NCBI GenBank assembly: GCA_000146465.1
Contig: CP001951.1
DNA: 64,000 nt
Strand: one strand, 5' to 3'
Every line of letters starts with the position of its first letter. The first letter of the stretch is position 1. Below are positions 36,021 through 44,825 of this stretch, piece by piece. The notes under the pieces were generated by a model. The model was not told the DNA's origin. It was given only the letters and a program-made list of their open reading frames with translations, and searched no databases. The position numbers were made by a program, and so were the translations under genes.

Positions 36021-36524
36021 TTACTTGGGCATATCCAGTAGCTCACCATGTCTAGGCAGGCATTCCTTCATAAGGTCAAGCAAAGTCTCGTTCTCCATTG
36101 CAGCAAGGACTCTATCTTTGTCATCTAACTGCTTGTTAAGTGCCTTGAAGTTTATATGTCCGTCGTTTACTATGTGGACTTGAATAAAATGATTTTCTAT
36201 GTATTGGTTTATCTGTGCCTTTATGCACAGCCCTATTATTGCTGCCATAGAGCAGTGCGGTATGGTTGGCTTGAACATTACTTTTATATACTTAATTGGG
36301 AGTCCGGCACTAGGTGCAATTCCATCGGAATCAATGAGTCCAATGGTTATTCCCTCTCTTGACACCACTCCAAGCTGTTCCAAGGTATAAGAATGTTCGG
36401 GATCTCTTATGTCCCTGATAAGCTCGAACACACTGTATTGTGTAATCTCTTGGAGTATTCCATCGGATATATCAATGGGATACCTTCTCTCGAGTGAGCT
36501 TGAAACAAACGGAGACTTGTTCAT
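36021..36524 (-). CDS. MIP18/FAM96 (DUF59) family protein, cytosolic Fe-S assembly CIA2-like
   Basis: ATG preceded by AAACCCCTGCC. VFELIRDIRDPEHSYTLEQLGVV matches the DUF59 signature (I-F-D-L-I-R-x-I-x-DPEHP-x-TLE-x-L-x-VV). A conserved Cys is present in PTIPHCSMAAIIGLCI. Confidence 0.6.
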   Translation of the reverse strand: MNKSPFVSSSLERRYPIDISDGILQEITQYSVFELIRDIRDPEHSYTLEQLGVVSREGITIGLIDSDGIAPSAGLPIKYIKVMFKPTIPHCSMAAIIGLCIKAQINQYIENHFIQVHIVNDGHINFKALNKQLDDKDRVLAAMENETLLDLMKECLPRHGELLDMPK

Positions 36525-36578
36525 GGCAGGGGTTTCTAATCGCTCAAAATGCGTTAGAAAAAAACTTCAAAAGAAACT

Positions 36579-36893
36579 TTAATAAACCAATGCTTCTCCC
36601 TTTGTTTTCTTCTCTCCGCCAAATATCACGTGCTTGGCCCTCTTCAGAGGCTTTTGGTGGGAAAACTTGCACTTGGTACACTCCAACTTCAAAACAAGCT
36701 TCTTGGTGACTTTGGCCTTTCTTCGGAGAATCGGCTTTGTCTGACCACCATAACCCCGTTGCTTCCTAGCATATCTCCTATTTCCCTGGGCTCTAGGATT
36801 GTCTTTGGACTTCTTGGCCTGAGAAACCTTGTGTGGAGAGTAGCCGCTACACTTCTTACAAAATGTATTTCTTGTCTTCGGAATATTCACCAT
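36579..36893 (-). CDS. RPL44: 60S ribosomal protein eL42 (L44e/L36a)
   Basis: [55 protein letters not shown]...[29 protein letters not shown] is a near-textbook eL42 with its CxxC...CxxC zinc ribbon. Confidence 0.9.
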   Translation of the reverse strand: MVNIPKTRNTFCKKCSGYSPHKVSQAKKSKDNPRAQGNRRYARKQRGYGGQTKPILRRKAKVTKKLVLKLECTKCKFSHQKPLKRAKHVIFGGEKKTKGEALVY

Positions 36894-36910
36894 CTTTCCA
36901 AGGGCAGGCT
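36894..36910 (-). promoter_or_regulatory. Start-proximal leader AGCCTGCCCTTGGAAAG immediately 5' of the eL42 ATG
   Basis: The reverse complement of 36894-36910 reads AGCCTGCCCTTGGAAAG-ATG. A near-identical 17-mer precedes the proteasome beta1 gene at 62039-62055. Confidence 0.45.
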
Positions 36911-37042
36911 CAACGAAAGCAATTTTTTCATAGAGTGCAAGTCTTAGAAACGAGGTATAAGAGAATTATTTCAAAGCCAACTAAGCATGCTTCGGACATG
37001 CGGCAAAGTATAGAAATATAAGCATCCGGCCGTGCCCATAAA

Positions 37043-37534
37043 ATGTCCACCCCGGCAAAGCGGAGACTGATGAAAGACTTAAAAAGAGTAAAGAAAAACT
37101 CATGTAAAACAATATTTGCAGAGCCATTGGAAGATGATCTGATGACATGGGCTGCTGTGATCTTTGGGCCCGAGTCGACTCCCTTTGAAGGGGGAACATT
37201 CAGTCTGGTCCTAGCATTTCCAGAAACGTATCCCCAGGATCCTCCAAACGTGAGATTTGTCTCAGATATGTTCCACCCAAACATTTATCCCAATGGAGAA
37301 CTCTGTTTGGACATCCTTAGTAACCGCTGGAGCCCAAGCTATGATGTGATGGGGATCCTTATATCAATCCAGTCTCTCCTGAATGATCCAAACACTGCAT
37401 CTCCTGCCAACACAGAGGCTGCAAACCTCTTCTCGATAGACCCACACTTGTATGCTGAAAAAGTGAGGAATTCCGTTATAAAAAGCTGGATGGATGTAGA
37501 AAACCTTAGAGATAAATACGGAAGTCCTCAGTAA
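37043..37534 (+). CDS. RAD6: Ubiquitin-conjugating enzyme E2, Rad6/Ubc2 orthologue
   Basis: [19 protein letters not shown]...[54 protein letters not shown] matches Rad6 almost position for position (MSTPARRRLMRDFKR...[25 protein letters not shown]...[23 protein letters not shown]). The catalytic Cys is in HPN-x-x-x-x-G-x-ICLDIL. Confidence 0.9.
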   Translation: MSTPAKRRLMKDLKRVKKNSCKTIFAEPLEDDLMTWAAVIFGPESTPFEGGTFSLVLAFPETYPQDPPNVRFVSDMFHPNIYPNGELCLDILSNRWSPSYDVMGILISIQSLLNDPNTASPANTEAANLFSIDPHLYAEKVRNSVIKSWMDVENLRDKYGSPQ

Positions 37535-37600
37535 GCTTCCATTTAACAAATTTACTATTAAATTAAAGATACTCAGATGATATCTCTGATATGCCACTGT

Positions 37601-40072
37601 CTATGCTTTGATGGGATCTGTGTCCTTGGTCTCCTTACAATACTTGGCCAGTGCAGAGATAAGATGGTTGATATGCTTCTGGATGTCGGAGTTTGTTCTC
37701 GACAGAAGGTAATAATCAAATTTGTACTCCGGTAACTTCAAGATGTCCTTTCGTATACATTCCACCCAGTTAGGATGATCAATGTATTTTCTGTAAAGAT
37801 CTATCAAGAGAGGGTTGTAATCCCCAAGTCTTGATCGAGTCTTCCCCAATTTCGCACTAATGCTATCGAAATCCCCTTCTATCATCTCCCTGATCTTAGA
37901 TCTCCTTTCCATTTTCTTCTGGCTTTTCTCAATGGAACTTATTATCTTCTCAGCATCTCGTAGCTCATTCACCCTCTCCCAAAAAACCTTATGATATGCC
38001 TCCACATCATTCTTATGCTTCATAAGCATGGCAATCTTAGAAACATCATCCTTTCCAACCTTCTCCATAGCCTTTACATACGATTGGAAGTCCTTCTTTG
38101 TCCAATCAAACCCCTGGGATTGAAGCTCCTTCTTCCTGGCTACCTCATCTGGAGAAAGGCTTTTTCCCTCCTCGTAGAGCTTAATCTCCTTTTCCTGGAT
38201 CTCCATAAGCTCCCGAGGATAAAATTGATATTCGGGATATTCAATAATCCGGGGCCTCGTGCGGAAGAGAACGCTTGTTCGTGAAGATCTCCCATAAGCA
38301 TCCTGATTGCTCTCAATAAAATTCTCGATCTTCTTGATGTTGTAGTCCTCTCCCTCCCAGGTGTAACAATCAATGTTTGTGTTCAACGTATCGCTTATCT
38401 TGAAATCACATAGCTTCATATTCATTTCCCGTGTCTTTTCCTCTCCTCTTCTAATCAAGTCTTCGATATTCTCGTCCTTCTCCTCATCTTCTGTAATTTC
38501 CATTCCATTTGCTAGTATGTCGATCAGCTCCGATTGACTAACCCCAGAGCTTTTGTAGCATCGTCCTTGAAGCAGAATATCATCCAGCTTGAGCTTCTGC
38601 AATGACCTATAGACAATTCTTTCCTCCACAGTGTTTTCACTTATCAGTCGGAAGACCACAACCTGCTTTTTCTGCCCTATTCTATGGGCCCTGTCCTGTG
38701 CTTGGAGGTCCATCTGTGGATTCCAGTCCGAGTCAAACAGAATCACCGTGTCTGCCGTCGACAGATTGATTCCAAGTCCTCCTGCTCTTGTAGTCAAGAG
38801 AAATATAAACTTCTCGCTTCCCTCTGCATTGAATGCATCTATCGCTTCTGTCCTGTCTTTGTACGACGTAGACCCGTCAATTCGACAGTATTCATACTCC
38901 TTGAACATGGCATAGTCCTCAAGTATGTCCAGCATCATCGACATCTGGCTAAAAATAAGAACCCGTGACCCTCTAGCCCGGAGGCTCTCCAGCAGCTTGT
39001 CAAGCACTATCATTTTTCCAGAATTCTCGATTATATGCTTGTCATTCGTATAGGGTTCTGGCTCTGCATCTGGAAACAGGTACGGGTGGTTGCAGCACTT
39101 CCGGAGCTGCATTACAACATTCATAAGCATCCCCTTCGGGTCTCTCGTGCTTCCAAGCGGCGACAAATCCCTCTTCAAAAGCATCTTATACCATTCCCGC
39201 TGCATAGGACTTAGCTTCGAATACAAGTTTATAATCTTCTTTGGAATTAATCCTTTTTCAACATCAATTTTCTCTCTTCTTAGGAAAAACAGCTGCAGAA
39301 CATTTCTGATCCTTTTAATGGCTTCCCCATCCTCTTCTTCTATGCTCATCACATAGTTTTCAAATTTCTCGGCATCGTTGAAGATTTCCGGAACTATAAA
39401 GTTTAGCAGTGCCCATAGCTCGTGCACATTATTCTGGAGAGGTGTTCCGGTAATAAGAAGACGATGGTCACAAGAGAAAATCCGTACTATCTTACTAAGA
39501 AGACTATGCTCGTTCTTTATCCTGTGTGCTTCATCGATAATTATATATGACCAGTTGACCTTGCTCAGAATGTTCTTTGCATTTATACACATCTCATACG
39601 TAGTCAAGCAAGCATCCCATTTCGAGGACATAATCTCTTCTGCCTCTCTCTTCATCTCTTTCCGAGAGGAGTAGAATATTCGGGCTTTGTAATTTGGCAT
39701 GAACTTCCGGAACTCCCTCTTCCAGTTTGCAAGTGTAGACTTTGGAAGCACAATTAAATGTCTCTTCCGTTCTTTCTTTACATATCGGATGTATCCTAGA
39801 AACGCTATTGTTTGAAGTGTCTTTCCCAAGCCCATCTCATCAGCTAGTATACAATTTATGGAATTTTCATGCATATTGATCAACCAATTCAATCCTTCAA
39901 TCTGATAATCTTTAAGTTCATGAATAATAAATTTAGGGCTACTAATAAATGTATACGGCTCAATAGGCTCGTCATCTCCCTTCATCACATCTTCATAGTT
40001 GGGTATAAACGCCCGGAAAAACTCATTGTCCCCGATAAAACTTTTATACTTCCTTAAGAGTTTTACATTCAT
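37601..40072 (-). CDS. ISW1: ISWI-type SNF2 chromatin-remodelling ATPase
   Basis: ATG preceded by AGACCCTTA. LKDYQIEGLNWLINMHENSINCILADEMGLGKTLQTIAFLGYIRYV (SNF2 N motif I/Ia), DEAHRIKN (motif II), and a helicase-C region GSRVLIFSQM...GINLSTADTVILFDSDWNPQMDLQAQDRAHRIGQKK. The C-terminal HAND/SANT/SLIDE-like module distinguishes ISWI from other SNF2 ATPases. Confidence 0.85.
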   Translation of the reverse strand: MNVKLLRKYKSFIGDNEFFRAFIPNYEDVMKGDDEPIEPYTFISSPKFIIHELKDYQIEGLNWLINMHENSINCILADEMGLGKTLQTIAFLGYIRYVKKERKRHLIVLPKSTLANWKREFRKFMPNYKARIFYSSRKEMKREAEEIMSSKWDACLTTYEMCINAKNILSKVNWSYIIIDEAHRIKNEHSLLSKIVRIFSCDHRLLITGTPLQNNVHELWALLNFIVPEIFNDAEKFENYVMSIEEEDGEAIKRIRNVLQLFFLRREKIDVEKGLIPKKIINLYSKLSPMQREWYKMLLKRDLSPLGSTRDPKGMLMNVVMQLRKCCNHPYLFPDAEPEPYTNDKHIIENSGKMIVLDKLLESLRARGSRVLIFSQMSMMLDILEDYAMFKEYEYCRIDGSTSYKDRTEAIDAFNAEGSEKFIFLLTTRAGGLGINLSTADTVILFDSDWNPQMDLQAQDRAHRIGQKKQVVVFRLISENTVEERIVYRSLQKLKLDDILLQGRCYKSSGVSQSELIDILANGMEITEDEEKDENIEDLIRRGEEKTREMNMKLCDFKISDTLNTNIDCYTWEGEDYNIKKIENFIESNQDAYGRSSRTSVLFRTRPRIIEYPEYQFYPRELMEIQEKEIKLYEEGKSLSPDEVARKKELQSQGFDWTKKDFQSYVKAMEKVGKDDVSKIAMLMKHKNDVEAYHKVFWERVNELRDAEKIISSIEKSQKKMERRSKIREMIEGDFDSISAKLGKTRSRLGDYNPLLIDLYRKYIDHPNWVECIRKDILKLPEYKFDYYLLSRTNSDIQKHINHLISALAKYCKETKDTDPIKA

Positions 40073-40130
40073 CTAAGGGTCTTTCTTTCTCATTTTTTTT
40101 GCTAAACTTCCATATAAGGAAATACTTCTC

Positions 40131-40742
40131 TTACTCAAATTGCATATTAAGGTATTTGATGATATCTTCGGATTTTGTCTTTCCCAGGCCCGGAATCTTT
40201 TCCATCTCCTCAGAAGACTTCCCGAAGAATCTCAGAAGCGTTCCATTGTATTTAAGTATCTGCTGGGCATTGCTCTTGTTCACTTTTGGAAAGGCTGTCA
40301 GAAATCCCTCTTCATCATGGCTTCCCCTTCTTATTGCTTCAATCGACCTCTTTCCTGCTTCATCAAATCCCCGGATATATCGAGAGCATTCGTCTATGCT
40401 GAACCCCAATACCATGGTTAGTGAGGTTGTATCGAAGAGCTCTTGAATAGTTTTGCTATAGTTGGGAATATCTACATGCACTAATAATACCTTCACCTTA
40501 TATGGCTTAAGCTTATTGATCCTCTTATGGATGTATTCGGGTTTGCAGCTATGAAACCGAAGAGATAGGAACAGTAAAGCGGTAGATCTGTTTATCTCGT
40601 AATCGGGCGTTATAGAATTGTCGTAGTGCCAGGATGCATTTGAAAGATAGTTCAGAACATTGTTTCCTTTCTGTAATGGAGAAACTTTTATCATCGATGG
40701 GATAAACTCTGTTCTTTCTATTATGAAAAAAGCTGTTGACAT
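40131..40742 (-). CDS. RAD10: ERCC1 / Rad10 nucleotide-excision-repair endonuclease non-catalytic subunit
   Basis: The first ATG is 40740-42 (rc); the track started at TTG 40770-72, which created a spurious overlap with RRP4. The central domain NVLNYLSNASWHYDNSITPDYEINRSTALLFLSLRFHSCKPEYIHKRINKL...VLLVHVDI matches ERCC1 ([50 protein letters not shown]...RVLLVQVDV). A C-terminal tandem HhH follows (LTAFPKVNKSNAQQILKYNGTLLRFFGKSSEEMEKIPGLGKTKSEDI). Confidence 0.75.
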   Translation of the reverse strand: MSTAFFIIERTEFIPSMIKVSPLQKGNNVLNYLSNASWHYDNSITPDYEINRSTALLFLSLRFHSCKPEYIHKRINKLKPYKVKVLLVHVDIPNYSKTIQELFDTTSLTMVLGFSIDECSRYIRGFDEAGKRSIEAIRRGSHDEEGFLTAFPKVNKSNAQQILKYNGTLLRFFGKSSEEMEKIPGLGKTKSEDIIKYLNMQFE

Positions 40743-40755
40743 CAGGAGTTTAATG

Positions 40756-41457
40756 TTATGAATTTTTTTCAAGTAATTCTTCCATGTTTATGTATCTATT
40801 CTGGGACACCATTGTCTTTATCTTAGAAACAAGACTGGCTATCTCTATGAAAGCCATGGGATCTTCTCGGGTTTTTCCAACCCATATGTATCCGTTACAT
40901 CCCACAATAACCTTGATGTTACCATGAAGGAGGAACCTCGTTCTGAGGGGCTCAAGTAGAAAGTGGGGCGCAAACACCAAGAGACCTTGGCCCAACTTCC
41001 CATACATGTCATTTCTTGTATGTAATGCAATCGTACCGTTTCGGTTGACTTTCTGAACTTCCGATACAACTAGATCGTTGATGTCGAAAAAGTCCCTCAT
41101 GGACATCTCATCCGATTCTTGTTTCCGCCGTTGAACTGTCCCCGGAAGGTTGATGGCTGACAGCCCTAGATAAGCATCTCCTCTACTGCTCAACTCAACC
41201 TTCCACTTCTTGTTGTGGATCCCAATAACCCTCCCCACAACAACATTGCCAACCTCTGGATTGTACTTCATGGAAGAAATAGGATCGATGGAGACGAGCT
41301 TGTTTGTGATCTTCACCCTTCCAAAGTAGGTTGATGCTATATTGCTTCCTCTAAGCTGTGTTCCATGCCCTCTTATATACCCATCGGACTCTAGAACGTC
41401 TTCCCCGGGAAGAAACAAAGTCTTCATTAGGGTACCGTTTCTGCGGCAAAAAACCAT
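40756..41457 (-). CDS. RRP4: Exosome cap subunit Rrp4 (S1/KH RNA-binding)
   Basis: N-terminal PGEDVLESDGYIRGHGT (Rrp4 N-domain). S1 region GNVVVGRVIGIHNKKWKVELSS...LPGTVQRRKQESDEMSMRDFFDINDLVVSEVQKVNRNGTIALHTRNDMYGKLGQGLLV. KH-like tail GNIKVIVGCNGYIWVG. An alternative start at the second Met (41427) is preceded by GGTACCCTA. Confidence 0.75.
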   Translation of the reverse strand: MVFCRRNGTLMKTLFLPGEDVLESDGYIRGHGTQLRGSNIASTYFGRVKITNKLVSIDPISSMKYNPEVGNVVVGRVIGIHNKKWKVELSSRGDAYLGLSAINLPGTVQRRKQESDEMSMRDFFDINDLVVSEVQKVNRNGTIALHTRNDMYGKLGQGLLVFAPHFLLEPLRTRFLLHGNIKVIVGCNGYIWVGKTREDPMAFIEIASLVSKIKTMVSQNRYINMEELLEKNS

Positions 41458-41496
41458 TTAGATCGTCGGAAATACCGTATTTAGTCAGGCCCCAGG

Positions 41497-42987
41497 ATGA
41501 ATGTTGTTCCTCTTGGGGCTGGGCAAGACGTTGGCCGATCTTGCATCCTTGTCACTATCAACGGCAGGACAGTAATGTTCGACTGTGGAATGCACATGGG
41601 GTTTAACGACGAACGTAGATTTCCGGACTTTTCATATATTTCGAAGACAAAGAACTTCGACAAAGTAATAGACTGCATAATAATCTCCCACTTCCATCTA
41701 GATCACTGTGGAGCTCTCCCATACTTCACAGAGGTCTGTGGCTATAGCGGGCCGATTTACATGACCCTACCGACAAAGGAAGTATGTCCTGTTCTCCTGG
41801 ACGACTTCCGAAAAATAGTTGGCGGAAAGGGAGATAGCATCTTCTCATACCAAGATATAAGCAACTGTATGAAGAAAGTGGTTACCATCAGCATGAACGA
41901 GACATACAAGCATGACGAGAACTTCTACATCACTCCATACTATGCAGGACATGTTCTAGGGGCTGCAATGTTCCATGTTTCTGTTGGAGACCAGTCTGTG
42001 GTGTACACAGGTGATTATAGTACAACACCCGACAAGCATCTAGGGCCTGCTTCAATCAAGTGCATAAGACCAGACCTCCTGATCACCGAATCTACATATG
42101 GATCAATAACTAGAGACTGCAGAAGAGTAAAGGAAAGAGAATTTCTGAAGGCTGTTTCCGACTGCATAGCAAGAGGAGGTCGTGTCCTAATTCCTATATT
42201 TGCACTAGGAAGGGCTCAAGAGCTTTGCCTGCTTCTGGACGGATACTGGGAAAGGACAGGGCTTGAGATTCCGGTGTATTTCTCCAGTGGCTTGACTGAA
42301 AAAGCAAACGAGATATACAAGAAATTCATCGGTTACACAAATGAAACTGTTAAGAGGAAAATCTTCGAAAGAAATGTATTTGAGTACAAGCACATAAAAC
42401 CCTTCCAAAGGTACTACATGGATAACAAAGGCCCTATGGTCTTGTTTGCATCTCCTGGAATGCTTCATTCTGGAATGTCTCTCAGGATATTTAAAGAGTG
42501 GTGTGAGGACGAAAAGAATCTTGTGATAATACCTGGGTACTGTGTTAGAGGAACGATTGGAGAAAAGATTCTGAACGGGGCAAAGAGGTTGGAGATTCTT
42601 GGAGAGGAGAAGGATATAAAACTGGAAATCAAGAATTTAGGATTCAGTGCCCATGCAGATGCACAAGGGATTCTAAGTGTGATAGAGCAATGCGCCCCAA
42701 GGAATGTGATGCTTGTTCATGGAGAAAGGTCTCGGATGAAGCAACTCAAGAAAAGCGTTGAGGAGAGGTTTGGGATCCCGACATTTCTCCCACCAAACGG
42801 AACACTTATAAACATTCCATCGAAAAACATCGTCAACCTGAAAATAAGGAAAGGGCATCTCTCCAGTCATTTCAAGCCAAATTTATCGAAGGGGAAGATT
42901 TCTTTAAGAATGAGTCTCTCCTCAAAAAAAGAAGAAAACCATATTGATGTTGTAGATTGCGAAGATTACATAGAGGATGATGGCTAG
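41497..42987 (+). CDS. CPSF-73/Ysh1-like metallo-beta-lactamase beta-CASP nuclease (Integrator-11-like not excluded)
   Basis: ATG preceded by GGCCCCAGG. HFHLDHCGALPY (HxHxDH), the AGHVLGAAMF motif, TESTYG, and beta-CASP motifs (...FSAHAD...LVHGE). 496 aa is a shortened version of the ~700-780-aa orthologues. Confidence 0.75.
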   Translation: MNVVPLGAGQDVGRSCILVTINGRTVMFDCGMHMGFNDERRFPDFSYISKTKNFDKVIDCIIISHFHLDHCGALPYFTEVCGYSGPIYMTLPTKEVCPVLLDDFRKIVGGKGDSIFSYQDISNCMKKVVTISMNETYKHDENFYITPYYAGHVLGAAMFHVSVGDQSVVYTGDYSTTPDKHLGPASIKCIRPDLLITESTYGSITRDCRRVKEREFLKAVSDCIARGGRVLIPIFALGRAQELCLLLDGYWERTGLEIPVYFSSGLTEKANEIYKKFIGYTNETVKRKIFERNVFEYKHIKPFQRYYMDNKGPMVLFASPGMLHSGMSLRIFKEWCEDEKNLVIIPGYCVRGTIGEKILNGAKRLEILGEEKDIKLEIKNLGFSAHADAQGILSVIEQCAPRNVMLVHGERSRMKQLKKSVEERFGIPTFLPPNGTLINIPSKNIVNLKIRKGHLSSHFKPNLSKGKISLRMSLSSKKEENHIDVVDCEDYIEDDG

Positions 42988-43111
42988 GCAACTGGTATTT
43001 AGGAGTTTTAGTGGTTTGCCAGTTGTTGGGGCTCGGGAGGGATCTAAAACACTTGGTTTGAAAGTGGTTTGAAACAGAAAGTCATATAAGTTGTGAAGAC
43101 GGTGGATACTA

Positions 43112-44761
43112 ATGGAAAAAGAAGATTTTAGATGGTTTGAAGGAGATGGAGAAACAGAGGCAGAAGAATTTGTCCCCGCTCCAAATAGGGTTTCCTCTGT
43201 AAGTTATGTGATAGATGCAATAGGAGGGATATTCTATTCTATTTTTGTTCTCTCCTTGGTTGCAAGGGTTACTACATATGTCTTTGGCCTCAAACTGCTT
43301 GTGTTTTCTGTTGACCTCAATGTTGTGTTCCTGAGCATAACTGTCGTATCTTTACTGTTCATAGTTCTTGCAATAGCACGGGAGACAATGACTTTCATGG
43401 CCTTGACTCTCGGAATGGTTGAGAACTCGGATGCCTGTGCAAAGCTGCAAAGGCTTGTGATGGTTTCGGTCTGGTTTGGATTGAGTGCATACTGGATTAA
43501 GTATGTAGGAACGGCCTACGGACACAATTTTTATATCATAAAGAAAGTGTTTATGTCCGGGATGATAACGTCTGCAGCATACTCTATTGTAACAATTGCA
43601 ATGGCGTACTTCGAGAGTTTTTTCCTAAAGAAGACTCTCAAAAGGAAGTTAGATGATGTTCAAAAGACTGAAAGAATAGTATATGCAATGAAAAACTACA
43701 GGTATGATATTTCCGAATCAGGAGGAGGGCCGACCCCAGAGTGTACGTGCAGGGATCTCTTTTGTTTTAGAACTGCAGCCACGGTTGGAAGTAGGGAAAC
43801 AGGACGAAACGGCGGAGAAGAAGGATTCCATATGTTTACCGGGGGGCTTCTGATTAATGCGCCTGAAATCCGTGGAATCATGGATGCCAAGACCCTTGCA
43901 AGGGATGTTTTCTTCAAGGCTAGTGGAGGAAAGGATGTTCTTTCATATGAAGACTTCAGTGCAATATTCCCAGGGGCACAGGATGCCCAAAATGCATTCT
44001 CTTTCTTTGATTCGAACCATAGCAAGGTGATTTCAAAGAAAGAGTTCCATGACACAACTATATACTTCTACATGGAAAGAGTGAATCTCGAGAAGGCCAT
44101 AATGAGAGCAGAAGATTTCATTGGAATAATTCTAGGTACTCTTAATGTGATTACGGGAGTAGTTCTCTGCTTTGTCTATCTTATGATCTTTGGGGTTCCG
44201 CTTCAAGAGCTATTTGCACTGATACTTAGTGGATCTCTTGCCTTTAGCTTTATTGCAAGTGGAATAGCCACTGATATGTATCACAATTTCATGATGCTTG
44301 CCAGCCATCCGTTTGATATAGGCGATGACGTTATAATTGATGGAGCCGACTATAGAATCTATGAGTTTGGACTTACAAGCACGTCCCTTATTGGAGAGAA
44401 CGGAGGGAAAGTTAAGCTTCTGAACAGCGATCTCCGGAAAAAGAACCTTGTCAACATGACAAGAGCACCTGAAAAGATTATTGTATTCAACTTTGATCTG
44501 AATCCAGACATAAGGCCTGAGGAGTTTAAAAGGTTCAAGAGCATAATACATGAGTTTATAAAACAAAAGCCGTTTGACTATGACAACGAATTTTCCCTCC
44601 AAGCTTCCACAGAAAACTTTGTAAGCATTGATGTTCTAAGCTGTACAATGATCCTGAAGTGCAAGAGCTATAAGAATAAGTCAAAAAAGTTTCTTCTCCG
44701 AGTTGAGATGACTTCGTTTCTAAGGTCGCTAATAGCAGAGATGGGTATTGGAGTGAAATAA
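43112..44761 (+). CDS. MscS-like mechanosensitive channel with an internal EF-hand (Msy1/Msy2 type)
   Basis: Several N-terminal TM helices. An EF-hand-like loop FFDSNHSKVISKKEF. The MscS pore/beta-domain signature HPFDIGDDVIIDGADYRIYEFGLTSTSLIGENGGKVKLLNSDLRKKNLVNMTRAP matches P-F-x-x-GD-x-I...G-x-V-x-x-I-x-L-x-x-T. Confidence 0.65.
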   Translation: MEKEDFRWFEGDGETEAEEFVPAPNRVSSVSYVIDAIGGIFYSIFVLSLVARVTTYVFGLKLLVFSVDLNVVFLSITVVSLLFIVLAIARETMTFMALTLGMVENSDACAKLQRLVMVSVWFGLSAYWIKYVGTAYGHNFYIIKKVFMSGMITSAAYSIVTIAMAYFESFFLKKTLKRKLDDVQKTERIVYAMKNYRYDISESGGGPTPECTCRDLFCFRTAATVGSRETGRNGGEEGFHMFTGGLLINAPEIRGIMDAKTLARDVFFKASGGKDVLSYEDFSAIFPGAQDAQNAFSFFDSNHSKVISKKEFHDTTIYFYMERVNLEKAIMRAEDFIGIILGTLNVITGVVLCFVYLMIFGVPLQELFALILSGSLAFSFIASGIATDMYHNFMMLASHPFDIGDDVIIDGADYRIYEFGLTSTSLIGENGGKVKLLNSDLRKKNLVNMTRAPEKIIVFNFDLNPDIRPEEFKRFKSIIHEFIKQKPFDYDNEFSLQASTENFVSIDVLSCTMILKCKSYKNKSKKFLLRVEMTSFLRSLIAEMGIGVK

Positions 44762-44825
44762 GTTCGGAATGCGAGGTGGTAATAAATTATCATGGTATTT
44801 ATTTTAAGAGCCTTGTTTTGAGAAT

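Noticed and set aside
36021-36524. Intron search in ribosomal-protein genes (eL42, P1/P2)
   Set aside because: Both are uninterrupted ORFs from an ATG with conserved N-termini. No GTAAGT...AG mini-intron is needed to restore conservation.
40756-40772. Apparent 17-nt overlap between the ERCC1 and RRP4 genes, and an 83-nt overlap between GCN5 and PAP2 (60657-60739)
   Set aside because: Both overlaps disappear once the TTG pseudo-starts are replaced by the first ATG (40742 and 60622). They are not real gene overlaps.
16441-41457. Interpreting XPA, ERCC1, RAD6, UFD1 and Rpt5 as a functional 'repair/ubiquitin operon'
   Set aside because: The genes are on different strands, interspersed with unrelated genes, and the organism is eukaryotic with monocistronic expression as the default. 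Clustering at this density is expected by chance in a compact genome.
43000-43111. G-rich segment GGGGCTCGGGAGGGATC upstream of the MscS gene as a possible tRNA or G-quadruplex
   Set aside because: No acceptor/T-arm complementarity, and only three short G-runs. Most likely a GGG-type start-proximal leader on the opposite-strand reading.
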